From positions 1,792,001-1,856,000 of the forward strand of contig CAWBZI010000001.1 of NCBI GenBank assembly GCA_963793265.1: a DNA stretch of 64,000 nt. The letters are read 5' to 3'. Position 1 is the stretch's first letter. Every line of letters starts with the position of its first letter. Source of the stretch: an uncultured cyanobacterium. GTDB taxonomy: Bacteria > Cyanobacteriota > Cyanobacteriia > Phormidesmidales > Phormidesmidaceae. This document shows, piece by piece, positions 55,346-64,000 of this stretch. The position numbers and the translations under genes were made by a program. The notes beneath the pieces are model-generated. The model ran no database searches. It worked only from the letters and a program-made list of their open reading frames with translations, and was not told the origin of the DNA.

Positions 55346-55712
55346 GAGAAGCGCCCAAAGAACAAACCAACAGAACTATTCAACCAGGCTTGATACAAGG
55401 TTCCTTGATTAGTCCTCTCTTCACTGACTTAATCTGTTGAGTCAAGTTTTGAAGCTGCTCTGCTTTCTCTCTCTATAGAAAGAGTATGGAGTGATTATAC
55501 TCGTGTGCAAAGGATTGAGAACGCTTTGTATTAATTCTGTTCTTAATAATCTACCCAGCTATCCCCCGGCTACAATTCTGCTGCTTTAGCAAACAACAAA
55601 TAAAGTAGCGATCGCAAGAGCATCTAGTGAGCAGTCGAAGCGAGCAGTTGATCTCTTTCGCTGACAGCTCGTGGTGCCTAATTTTCAACGCTTCAAGAAG
55701 GACTTTTTTTCA

Positions 55713-57593
55713 ATGACTTATTTTTATAACTACATTTGGGGCACCCACAGCGACGACACTCTACAAGGTAAAGGCGGTAATGATGTCATCTTTGGTGGTG
55801 GCGGCGACGACAAGATTTTTGGGGGCGATGGTAACGACGTAATCTTTGGTGGTAGCGGTAACGATACTATTTTTGGTGGTGACGGTCGCGACGTTATATT
55901 TGCAGGCGATGGCGACGACTTTATTGTGGGCGGCTTTGGGCTAGATCGCATCCACGGCGGCAGCGGCAACGACACGATCTCTTGGGATAATCTCGACAGC
56001 GGCCTTTCTGTAGATCTAAAAAAGCAGCGAGTTCGCTTTAACACGGGCGGTAGCGAGCATTTCTCCTCAATCGAAAACATCATCGGCTCTCGTGGCGACG
56101 ATGTGATTAAAGGTGACCATTTCAACAATATTTTGCGCGGCAACCTGGGTAACGATCGCCTAGAAGGCAAAGGTGGTAACGATGTGCTCGTAGGGGGTGA
56201 GGGCAACGATCATCTAGCCGGTGGCGATGGCAATGACACGTTCTTTGGCGATGCTGGTGATGACAAAAGCATTGGTGGTAAAGGCTTTGACTTCATTTTT
56301 GGGGGTGAGGGCAACGACTTTATTGATGGCGGTAAAGACTTCGATAAAGTGGATTACAGCGAGTTAGGTGAAGCCATTACGCTCAAGGCAATGGGCGTGA
56401 TTGATAAAGGAGCAGCAGGTAGCGATCGCGCCGTCAATATAGAAGAGGTGATTGGCGCAACTGACGAGCTGAACGTAATTGATGGCAGAATCGACGCTCC
56501 TAACGTTTCACTAAACGTCGATCTAGGTACAAACAATCTGACCATCAAGAACGTACCGGGCGTAGGCGATCAGGTCTTTACCGTCCGCAATTTTGCTCAA
56601 GTTATTGGCACTGAGCAGGCAGATACGATTGTTGGCGATAAGAACAGCACAGAGAAAGTGTTCTTCTTTGGTAGAAGTGGCAACGACACGCTTCAAGGCG
56701 GCGGCGGTGATGATGATTTGTTTGGTGAAGAAGGCAACGACACGTTTGTTGGTGGCACAGGTAGCGACTTTATTAACGGGGGCCATGGCTTCGATACGGT
56801 AGATTACAGCGATCTGGGTCAGGCGGTTACGCTGCAAGGTATTGGTGTAGTTGATAAAGGCAGTACGGGCCGCGATCAGCTACGGGCTGTAGAAGAGATT
56901 GTTGGCGCGACTGGTCAGATCAACAGAATCGACGCGGCCATGGCAGATAGCGGTATTGCGATTGATGTGGACTTGGGTGCCGAGACTTTGAGAGCTAGAG
57001 GCATTCCGGGTGTGGGCGATCGCACCTACACCATCCGAAACTTCAGCGATATCAAGGGCACCGATCAAGGCGACTCCTTCTTAGGTGACAGCAACAGTAC
57101 GAGCCGCGCCTTCTTCTTTGGCAGAGGCGGCGACGACCGGATTACCGGGGGTGCAGGCGATGATGACCTCTTTGGCGATGCAGGCGACGATACTATCCTG
57201 AGCGGCCAGGGTAATGACTTTATGGTCGGCGGCAGCGGCAACGACCGGCTCGTTTCACTCGGCGGTGCGAATGAGATGAACGGCAGTGATGCCCAAAGTG
57301 CAGGTTCTCATGAGCTAGATGTTTTGGTCGGCGGGTTGGAGAGCGATCGCTTTGTTTTGGGTGACACGCAGCAGGCTTACTACAAGGCTAACGGCGACAG
57401 CGACTTTGCAGAGATTCGTAACTTTGGCCTGGGTGAAGACCTGATTATTCTTCATGGTGCAATCAGTAGCTATGCGCTGAGCGTGAACGCAGGGGTAGCG
57501 GCGATTGATTATTTAGGCGATCGCATTGCAATCGTTCAAGGTGCTGGTGCCAGTGGGCTAGCGCTAGAGGACAGCACGTTCAAGTTCGTCTAG
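55713..57593 (+). CDS. RTX-type calcium-binding secreted protein
   Basis: Many GGxGxDxL/I nonapeptides; a duplicated DYS.LG.A.TL...G..DKG module; C-terminal DRFVLGD...DFAEI.NF. Confidence 0.88.
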   Translation: MTYFYNYIWGTHSDDTLQGKGGNDVIFGGGGDDKIFGGDGNDVIFGGSGNDTIFGGDGRDVIFAGDGDDFIVGGFGLDRIHGGSGNDTISWDNLDSGLSVDLKKQRVRFNTGGSEHFSSIENIIGSRGDDVIKGDHFNNILRGNLGNDRLEGKGGNDVLVGGEGNDHLAGGDGNDTFFGDAGDDKSIGGKGFDFIFGGEGNDFIDGGKDFDKVDYSELGEAITLKAMGVIDKGAAGSDRAVNIEEVIGATDELNVIDGRIDAPNVSLNVDLGTNNLTIKNVPGVGDQVFTVRNFAQVIGTEQADTIVGDKNSTEKVFFFGRSGNDTLQGGGGDDDLFGEEGNDTFVGGTGSDFINGGHGFDTVDYSDLGQAVTLQGIGVVDKGSTGRDQLRAVEEIVGATGQINRIDAAMADSGIAIDVDLGAETLRARGIPGVGDRTYTIRNFSDIKGTDQGDSFLGDSNSTSRAFFFGRGGDDRITGGAGDDDLFGDAGDDTILSGQGNDFMVGGSGNDRLVSLGGANEMNGSDAQSAGSHELDVLVGGLESDRFVLGDTQQAYYKANGDSDFAEIRNFGLGEDLIILHGAISSYALSVNAGVAAIDYLGDRIAIVQGAGASGLALEDSTFKFV

Positions 57594-57753
57594 GCTAAGT
57601 TCTGCTAGGTAGGCTATAGATAGACCAACGAATCACTATTCATGTTTCAAGTCGCAGCCCTTTACGTACTTATGTATGTAGAGGGTCTTCTTCTGCTAGA
57701 TCTGCCTTTTGCCCATTTAACCTAAAGTGCTGAAGAAGCACTATTTTCTTGAC

Positions 57754-58194
57754 CTATAGCTGATACTCGATAGCAAACTTGATGCCGTAGTCAAACTCTT
57801 CGTCAGTACTTTCGGGAAAGTACTTAATCACGGGCACAGCTTCCATCGCCAGCCGATCAGAAGGGCTGTAGCGAATAGGAACCAGAAACTCAACGAGATC
57901 GCCGCTATTGACGAATAGCTCTGTATTAAGCCGCACTGCAAAAGTTACACCATTGCCATCATCAACGACTTCTTCTTCTAAGTCTTCGACACCGCCTTCT
58001 TCTATAATCGTTGAGTCATCGTCGCGTCTTACAGGATCTCTAGGATCTCTTTGAACAATCATTAGCTGCTCGGCTGTAGGGGTAGCTTCTGCTGATATGT
58101 CTTGAGCTGTTTCGTGAGCGATCGCAGCGTTAGAACCGAAAGCAGCAAAACAAGTTAGGGCAACTGCCCCAGCAAATAGTGGCTTATACATCAT
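57754..58194 (-). CDS. hypothetical secreted protein
   Basis: Signal-peptide-like N-terminus (AIA-H); amphipathic beta strands at the C-terminus. Confidence 0.65.
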   Translation of the reverse strand: MMYKPLFAGAVALTCFAAFGSNAAIAHETAQDISAEATPTAEQLMIVQRDPRDPVRRDDDSTIIEEGGVEDLEEEVVDDGNGVTFAVRLNTELFVNSGDLVEFLVPIRYSPSDRLAMEAVPVIKYFPESTDEEFDYGIKFAIEYQL

Positions 58195-58252
58195 GGTAAA
58201 TTCCTGAAAGGGAGGCCAAACAGGCCCCGCGTTGGATTAGTCAGTCAAGTAT

Positions 58253-58268
58253 TGTATTGACCGATACA
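58253..58268. promoter_or_regulatory. NtcA-like box TGTA-N8-TACA
   Basis: TGTATTGACCGATACA, ~60 bp upstream of the 58194 start. Confidence 0.5.
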
Positions 58269-58364
58269 ATCCAGCATAATGTGGAGGCGATCGCACTCAC
58301 TTCTAACTAAAGCAGTATTGTTGCAAATGATACTTTCTTTCGACTATTCCGCCCGACGGCTCCG

Positions 58365-59459
58365 CTATATCGTGCAATCTCTCGCGTCACGATTCTTCAC
58401 AATCCGTACACCTGAATTATCCCAGATAGCTTTAAATTCTTGCGAAACCGCTAGCGTATAGTCTTCGTGATACCAGCCTAAGACAGTTATTTCAGCTTCA
58501 TCAGCAGTTTCTAAGAGTCGCCAGTTTCCCCCTTGCTCAAGCGGATAAAACGTCGTGCCATAGAGCCCAGTCGATTCACTACCTAGAACAGTAGGCAGCG
58601 GCTTTGCAGGTTTAAAAGGGCCCGTAACGCTATCGGCAACATACCAATACAGCGTAGAGTCTGTAACGTTCTCTGCGCCTACTTTATCGAGCCAGAGTGG
58701 ATTTACAAATGCCTTAAAGCAAGAAAAGAACAGGTGATATTTGTTTTGAAAATAGATGACTTGAGGTCGCTCTAAATGGTAGAAAGGCCAGTCTACGCTG
58801 CCGTCTATCGAAGCGGCGGACACCTCAGAATTTTCAACCATTAACGGGCCAGCGGCGGGTGGCAGAAGCTGGTAAGGGCCAGCAAGCCGATCGGCAACGG
58901 CTATGCCCAAGCCCCCCTGATAGAGGGCTGAGCCTGTTAGAGACGCACAGAAAAACAGATAGTACTTTTGAGAATCAGTCGCTTTGACGACATAAGGATC
59001 TCGCCAGTGCAAATGATCAGACCAGTTGCACCTACCACCGTAATTTAGCTGAGGACGACTCTTATCAGATGTAAGAGCGTCTTTCATTGATAGCAAAGGC
59101 TGAGCCAGTCGCTGCCAGTGCTCTCCATCTTTTGAAGTTGCTAAGCCAATAGCCTCGCTGGCAATATCGCTTTCGCTTGCTGCTGAGTAGAACAAGTAAT
59201 AAGTGTCTTTCTCTTTATACGTGCTGCCTGCAAACAGTCGCCCAGACTCCCAGCCAGATTCACGAGGCTCTATAACGGGGCCAGTGTGGTGCCACCGCTG
59301 AAAATCTGTAGAGGTTGCTCCGCAGATCCAGCTTGTTTTCCACCACGGATCTTGATCGGTGCGTCCGCTTAGGTAAAACAAACGATAGGTGCCATGATCT
59401 AGAAGAACCCAGGGATCCCATCGAGGCGGATGAAGTTTGGCAGTCGGTGGATTTGGCAT
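58365..59459 (-). CDS. clan GH-J (GH32/GH68-like) five-bladed beta-propeller glycoside hydrolase, putative beta-fructofuranosidase
   Basis: RWDPW (nucleophile), FAGS, HWRDPY (RDP), LERPQV (acid/base), YHLFFS. Confidence 0.8.
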   Translation of the reverse strand: MPNPPTAKLHPPRWDPWVLLDHGTYRLFYLSGRTDQDPWWKTSWICGATSTDFQRWHHTGPVIEPRESGWESGRLFAGSTYKEKDTYYLFYSAASESDIASEAIGLATSKDGEHWQRLAQPLLSMKDALTSDKSRPQLNYGGRCNWSDHLHWRDPYVVKATDSQKYYLFFCASLTGSALYQGGLGIAVADRLAGPYQLLPPAAGPLMVENSEVSAASIDGSVDWPFYHLERPQVIYFQNKYHLFFSCFKAFVNPLWLDKVGAENVTDSTLYWYVADSVTGPFKPAKPLPTVLGSESTGLYGTTFYPLEQGGNWRLLETADEAEITVLGWYHEDYTLAVSQEFKAIWDNSGVRIVKNRDARDCTI

Positions 59460-59664
59460 TTTCGTAACAGGCTTTATAACAGGACGCTAATTGATAGGAA
59501 AGATAACTACGAGTACATTGAGCACTGTACTCGATATAAAGGTCAAAATATAATGACAACAATTCGATACAAATCGTCTACAAAAGAAGAGATTTGCTGT
59601 ACGAAAAAGCATGAAGTTTTATGTCGTATCTTCATAATTACCTCCAAAGACGGGCCGAACGCAC

Positions 59665-59680
59665 TGTATTGAAATATACA
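59665..59680. promoter_or_regulatory. NtcA-like box TGTA-N8-TACA
   Basis: TGTATTGAAATATACA in the divergent GH / sugar-ABC promoter region. Confidence 0.5.
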
Positions 59681-59794
59681 TTTAAGTATAGAGATTAAAA
59701 AGCTGTTAACACCGTAAAGTAGGCCGATTTCAGCCTCTTCTTTAGACCATTTATCTGGCCTCACAATGGGGCACCGCTCTTAGGTTCAAGACTT

Positions 59795-61210
59795 ATGTTT
59801 TTCACAAAGACGCTAGCGAAAAGGCTGGCATTAGGGCTAGCGATCGCCCTCCCTTTATCTGGCTGTAGCCAACCTAGTGCGACAGAAGCCGAAACAGAAA
59901 CCACCCAGCCATCCGGTAGCAATACCGTCAGCATTTTAGGTGTGATTGTTGGTGAGCAACAGGCCCGACTAGAAGCGGCGCTCAAGCCCTTTGAAGATGA
60001 AACGGGTATAGATGTTATCTACGAAGGCACAGATGCCTTCACTACCCTGCTGCCAGTACGCGTAGATTCAGGTGACTCGCCTGATATTGCCATGTTTCCT
60101 CAGCCGGGTTTGATGCGATCGCTCGCCGAAGAAGGCGCGCTGGTTCCGGTAACCGAAGTACTCAGCCGCGAAGACTTACAGCAGTACTATCCTGAAAGCT
60201 GGATAGATCTGTCTACTGTTAACGACAAAATTTACGGCGTTTGGTATCGCTCAGCGGTTAAAAGCCTGGTATGGTACAACCCCAAAGAATTTGCCAGAGC
60301 AGGCTATGAAACGCCAGAAACCTGGGACGATCTGATCGCGCTGAGTGACCAGATTGTTGCAGATGGCGGCAGCCCTTGGTGCTTAGGCATGGAAAGCGGC
60401 AACTCATCAGGCTGGCCGGGTACCGACTGGGTAGAAGATATTGTGCTACATACCGCTGGCCCTGAGTTCTACGGTCAGTGGGTACAGCATGAGGTGCCCT
60501 TCAATGCGCCGCAAGTGCAAGAAGCCTTCGAGTATTTTGGCGAGATTGCGAAAACGCCAGGCTATCTCTACGGCGGTCAAACGGGCGCGCTTAGCATTCC
60601 ATGGGGCGATTCTATCAACGGTCTGTTTAGCAAAAAACGAAACTCTGAGGAGCCCGAATGCTACATGCAAAAGCAGGGCAACTTCATTAGTAACTTTTTC
60701 CCAGAAGATATTGTGATTGGTGAAGATGTTGATTTCTTTCCAACGCCTACGATCAACCCTGAGTACGACAATGCGCTACTGGTTGCCGGAGACATTTTCT
60801 CTATGCTAAATGACACGCCAGAAGCAAGAAAGCTGATGGCCTATTTAGCCACACCAACGCCCCATGAAATCTGGGCTGAGCAGGGCGGGTTCTTATCGGC
60901 AAATAAGCAGGTAGATTTGAGCGTGTACCCTGACGAGCTGAGCCGTAAGCAGGCAGAGCTACTAACCACTGTCGAGGTTGTGCAGTTCGACGCTTCTGAC
61001 TCTATGCCGGGCGCGGTGGGTACTGGCACCTTTTGGGCAGGCATGATGGATTTTGTTGCGGGCGATACGGCTGAAGAAGTCACCGACAAAATTGAGTTTT
61101 ACTGGCCCGAAGAGAGATTTGAAGAAGAAGTAACTAAAGCCGACGATGAGGAAGTAGTCGGCACTCAATCAGCCGGTCAAGTCGTCAGTCATCAACTAGG
61201 AGATGAATAA
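59795..61210 (+). CDS. ggtB: glucosylglycerol/trehalose/sucrose-type ABC transporter substrate-binding lipoprotein
   Basis: Lipobox LSGC; PDIAMFPQPGL, VKSLVWYNP, WCLGMESG..SGWPGTDWVED, FDASDSMPGAVG.GTFW. Confidence 0.85.
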   Translation: MFFTKTLAKRLALGLAIALPLSGCSQPSATEAETETTQPSGSNTVSILGVIVGEQQARLEAALKPFEDETGIDVIYEGTDAFTTLLPVRVDSGDSPDIAMFPQPGLMRSLAEEGALVPVTEVLSREDLQQYYPESWIDLSTVNDKIYGVWYRSAVKSLVWYNPKEFARAGYETPETWDDLIALSDQIVADGGSPWCLGMESGNSSGWPGTDWVEDIVLHTAGPEFYGQWVQHEVPFNAPQVQEAFEYFGEIAKTPGYLYGGQTGALSIPWGDSINGLFSKKRNSEEPECYMQKQGNFISNFFPEDIVIGEDVDFFPTPTINPEYDNALLVAGDIFSMLNDTPEARKLMAYLATPTPHEIWAEQGGFLSANKQVDLSVYPDELSRKQAELLTTVEVVQFDASDSMPGAVGTGTFWAGMMDFVAGDTAEEVTDKIEFYWPEERFEEEVTKADDEEVVGTQSAGQVVSHQLGDE

Positions 61211-62193
61211 TGGACAGTAATGTCTCTTTAATTTTAAAGGCGCTGCTGGCGATCGCAATCGGTTCGTTTGGTGTGATTGGCATTTTTTACGGGCTTAATA
61301 TTCTCGCTGAGAAGCTTTTGCCCGAACGTGCCCGAATGCGTGTGCTGCCGTGGATATATGTAGGCCCGGCTGTGCTGCTGCTAACCGCTTATTTAGTGCT
61401 GCCGACGCTGCGCACCTTTTATCTCAGCTTTTTTGGGCCTAGCTCCAGCCGGTTTGTCGGATTACAAAACTATATCTTCGTACTGACCGCGCCTGATACC
61501 CTCACAACCTTTCGCAACAACTTGCTGTGGCTGGTGTTGGTAACTGGCGTCAGCGTGTTTTTGGGCCTGGTGATTGCGGTACTTATCGACCGCGTGAAGT
61601 ACGAGCAGGTTGCTAAGTCGCTGATTTTTCTGCCGATGGCAATCTCTTTTGTAGGGGCAAGTGTTATCTGGCGGTTCATCTACGCCTATCGCCCTGCGGA
61701 TGCTGAACAAATTGGCGTACTCAATGCAATTGTGACCGGCTTGGGCTTTGAGCCGGTGGGATGGTTAGTGAATCCGGCCATTAACAACTTTGCGCTGATT
61801 GCCATCATGATTTGGCTACAAACGGGCTTTTGCATGGTGCTGCTCTCTTCGGCAGTCAAAGGCGTTCCCGACGATGTGTTAGAAGCAGCCCGAGTAGATG
61901 GCGCTAGTGAAGTGCAGATCTTTTGGCGAATTATTATTCCGATGATTATGCCGACGATTTTGGTGGTTTCAACCACTGTTATTGTGCTGGTGCTCAAAGT
62001 CTTCGACATTGTGTTTGTGATGACCGGCGGTAACTTAGGCACTGATGTCATCGCCAGCCGCATGATTAGAGAAATGTTCAACTTTAGAAACTACGGGAGA
62101 GGCAGTGCGATCGCCGTAATTCTCCTAATTGCTGTCATCCCTGTGATGGTGGCTAACATTCGCAGATTTCGCCAACAGGAGCTAAACCGATGA
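61210..62193 (+). CDS. ggtC: sugar ABC transporter permease
   Basis: KSLIFLPMAISFVGASVIW, EAARVDGA EAA loop; TAATG overlap with the upstream gene. Confidence 0.88.
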   Translation: MDSNVSLILKALLAIAIGSFGVIGIFYGLNILAEKLLPERARMRVLPWIYVGPAVLLLTAYLVLPTLRTFYLSFFGPSSSRFVGLQNYIFVLTAPDTLTTFRNNLLWLVLVTGVSVFLGLVIAVLIDRVKYEQVAKSLIFLPMAISFVGASVIWRFIYAYRPADAEQIGVLNAIVTGLGFEPVGWLVNPAINNFALIAIMIWLQTGFCMVLLSSAVKGVPDDVLEAARVDGASEVQIFWRIIIPMIMPTILVVSTTVIVLVLKVFDIVFVMTGGNLGTDVIASRMIREMFNFRNYGRGSAIAVILLIAVIPVMVANIRRFRQQELNR

Positions 62194-63140
62194 CCAGTGC
62201 CACTCCGATACCACCCGATCAAGCTGCGAACAGAAAAGAGCCGCAAAGAGATCCACAGCCTAACTATGTGGCAAAGCGTAAAGAACAGTCCAAGTTTGAA
62301 AAGTTCATGGCCCGCCTGCCGGTACACGTCGCGGTCATCACAATTGCTGTGCTGTGGACACTGCCCACGTTCGGCTTACTCATCAGCTCATTTCGTCCGC
62401 CCGATGCGCTCAACAGCAGCGGCTGGTGGACGGTATTTGCCAATCCTTTTGAGTTCACACAGTTCACGCTGAGCAACTATCAAGAGGTGCTAGATGCGGG
62501 GATGGGCCAGGCGTTTTTGAACAGCCTAGCGATTTCGATACCGGCTACCGTGATTCCAATTGCGATCGCCACCTTTGCCGCCTACGCCCTCTCCTGGATG
62601 GACTTCCCCGGTCGCCAGGCCATCTTCATCATCACCGTGGCCCTACTGGTTGTACCATTGCAGATGACCCTGATTCCAATTTTGCGGGCCTACAACGTTC
62701 TAGGCATTTCGAGTACGTTTCTGGCCGTATGGCTAGCACATGCCGCCTACGGTTTGCCGCTGGGCGTGTATTTACTGCGTAACTATATTGGCTCACTGCC
62801 GCGAGATTTGATTGAGGCGGCGGCTGTTGATGGGGCCTCTTATCTCAATGTGTTCACCCGCATTATTGTGCCGCTGAGTATGCCTGCGATCGCTTCTTTT
62901 GCCGTGTTCCAATTCCTGTGGGTATGGAACGATCTGCTAGTAGCGCTGGTGTATTTGGGTGGTAATCAGGAGGTTGCTCCGGTGACGCTGGTGCTGAGGA
63001 ATATTGTGGGCGATCGCGGCCAAGACTGGTTCCTCCTCACCTCCGGCGCATTTATCTCCATGCTCGTACCGATGGCCGTCTTCTTTGCCCTACAGAGATA
63101 CTTCGTTCGCGGCTTACTCGCTGGTTCCGTCAAAGGCTAA
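62190..63140 (+). CDS. ggtD: sugar ABC transporter permease
   Basis: EAAAVDGA, FQFLWVWNDLLVAL, LQRYFVRGLLAGSVKG; ATGA overlap. Confidence 0.88.
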   Translation: MTSATPIPPDQAANRKEPQRDPQPNYVAKRKEQSKFEKFMARLPVHVAVITIAVLWTLPTFGLLISSFRPPDALNSSGWWTVFANPFEFTQFTLSNYQEVLDAGMGQAFLNSLAISIPATVIPIAIATFAAYALSWMDFPGRQAIFIITVALLVVPLQMTLIPILRAYNVLGISSTFLAVWLAHAAYGLPLGVYLLRNYIGSLPRDLIEAAAVDGASYLNVFTRIIVPLSMPAIASFAVFQFLWVWNDLLVALVYLGGNQEVAPVTLVLRNIVGDRGQDWFLLTSGAFISMLVPMAVFFALQRYFVRGLLAGSVKG

Positions 63141-63174
63141 TTCATTATTCATTCCTTATTCCTTATCCTCTTCC
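63141..63174 (+). repeat. degenerate 7-bp short tandem repeat (STRR-like)
   Basis: TTCATTA TTCATTC CTTATTC CTTATCC in the intergenic spacer. Confidence 0.55.
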
Positions 63175-63177
63175 ACC

Positions 63178-64000
63178 ATGTCTAGCGTTGTTTTTGAAAA
63201 AGTTACCAAGCAATACGAGAACGGCTACACCGCCGTCAAAGATCTCAATATCAATCTTGAAGACAAAGAGTTTTTGGTGCTAGTCGGCCCTTCTGGCTGC
63301 GGTAAAACGACCTCTTTGCGAATGCTTGCAGGACTCGAAGATATTAGCAGCGGCAGCATTTATATTGACGGTCAGCGCGTGAATAATGTAACGCCAAAAG
63401 ATCGCGATATTGCGATGGTGTTTCAGTCGTACGCGTTGTACCCGCACATGACCGTTGCCGATAATATGGGCTTCAGCCTAGATCTTAAGGGTGTACCTAA
63501 GAAAGAGATTCGCAAAAGAGTTGAAGAAGCGGGCAAGCAGCTCGGCATTGAACAACTGTTGGATCGTAAGCCTAAGCAGCTATCGGGTGGTCAGCGGCAG
63601 CGGGTGGCTTTGGGCCGGGCTATTGTGCGATCGCCCGCCGTTTTCCTAATGGACGAGCCGCTCTCAAACCTAGACGCTAAGCTTCGTGTACAGGCCCGAG
63701 CTGAGCTGAGTGAACTGCACAAGAAAGTTGGCACTACCTTTGTTTATGTCACGCACGATCAGGCCGAAGCAATGACGATGGGCACTCGCATTGCGGTAAT
63801 GAACAAGGGCATATTGCAGCAGATAGATTCGCCTCAGAATGTGTATGAGCACCCTAACAACATATTTGTTGCGGGCTTTTTGGGCAGTCCGTCAATGAAC
63901 TTCTTTGACGCCCAGCTCATTCAAAGCAACGGCGAACTCATCATCAAAACAGATGGCGGCATCTCAGTGCCCATTCCCCCCAACCGGCTTGAGCGCTATC
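63178..64000 (+). CDS. ggtA: MalK-like sugar ABC ATP-binding protein (runs off the window end)
   Basis: MSSVVFEKVTKQYENG...VGPSGCGKTTSLRMLAGLE...VFQSYALYPHM...LSGGQRQRVALGRAIVR...DEPLSNLDAKLR; not in the ORF track. Confidence 0.92.
   Translation, partial: MSSVVFEKVTKQYENGYTAVKDLNINLEDKEFLVLVGPSGCGKTTSLRMLAGLEDISSGSIYIDGQRVNNVTPKDRDIAMVFQSYALYPHMTVADNMGFSLDLKGVPKKEIRKRVEEAGKQLGIEQLLDRKPKQLSGGQRQRVALGRAIVRSPAVFLMDEPLSNLDAKLRVQARAELSELHKKVGTTFVYVTHDQAEAMTMGTRIAVMNKGILQQIDSPQNVYEHPNNIFVAGFLGSPSMNFFDAQLIQSNGELIIKTDGGISVPIPPNRLERY

Noticed and set aside
59430..59764. Short ORFs in the AT-rich GH/ggtB spacer
   Set aside because: No motifs; they overlap a divergent promoter region and are probably chance ORFs.

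Overview
Chromosomal window from a cyanobacterium: about 70 HIP1 GCGATCGC sites counted by eye, and a cyanobacterial rrn operon whose ITS carries tRNA-Ile and tRNA-Ala. It opens with core genes (5' part of metH, a VOC protein, a lysine/arginine decarboxylase, cbiT). A ~27.5 kb cell-surface glycan island follows (5.6-32.8 kb), bounded by two HpsE-like GT2 paralogs, one fused to a degenerate EAL domain. The island holds a 12-gene tailoring operon, a DUF4347-SGNH-5xPA14 protein, two GT-C (ArnT/PMT-like) genes, one of them frameshifted, a flippase and a polyprenol-P GT2. After it come cdsA, DUF2993- and DUF4912-like genes, a GH38 alpha-mannosidase, an atypical ssb, a complete minus-strand rrn operon, nadC, a polar amino acid ABC system, rlmH, a MazEF-like TA pair, an RTX protein, a clan GH-J glycosidase and a Ggt/Agl-type sugar ABC operon. 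The most notable observations are: (1) a local G-rich to C-rich strand-composition flip centred on HIP1 sites, seen in genes of both orientations; (2) the HpsE-EAL fusion, a candidate c-di-GMP-sensing glycosyltransferase; (3) a shared 14-bp quasi-palindrome upstream of the island's transcription units; (4) a frameshift that is repaired by restoring a HIP1 site. All calls come from reading motifs by eye; no searches were run.
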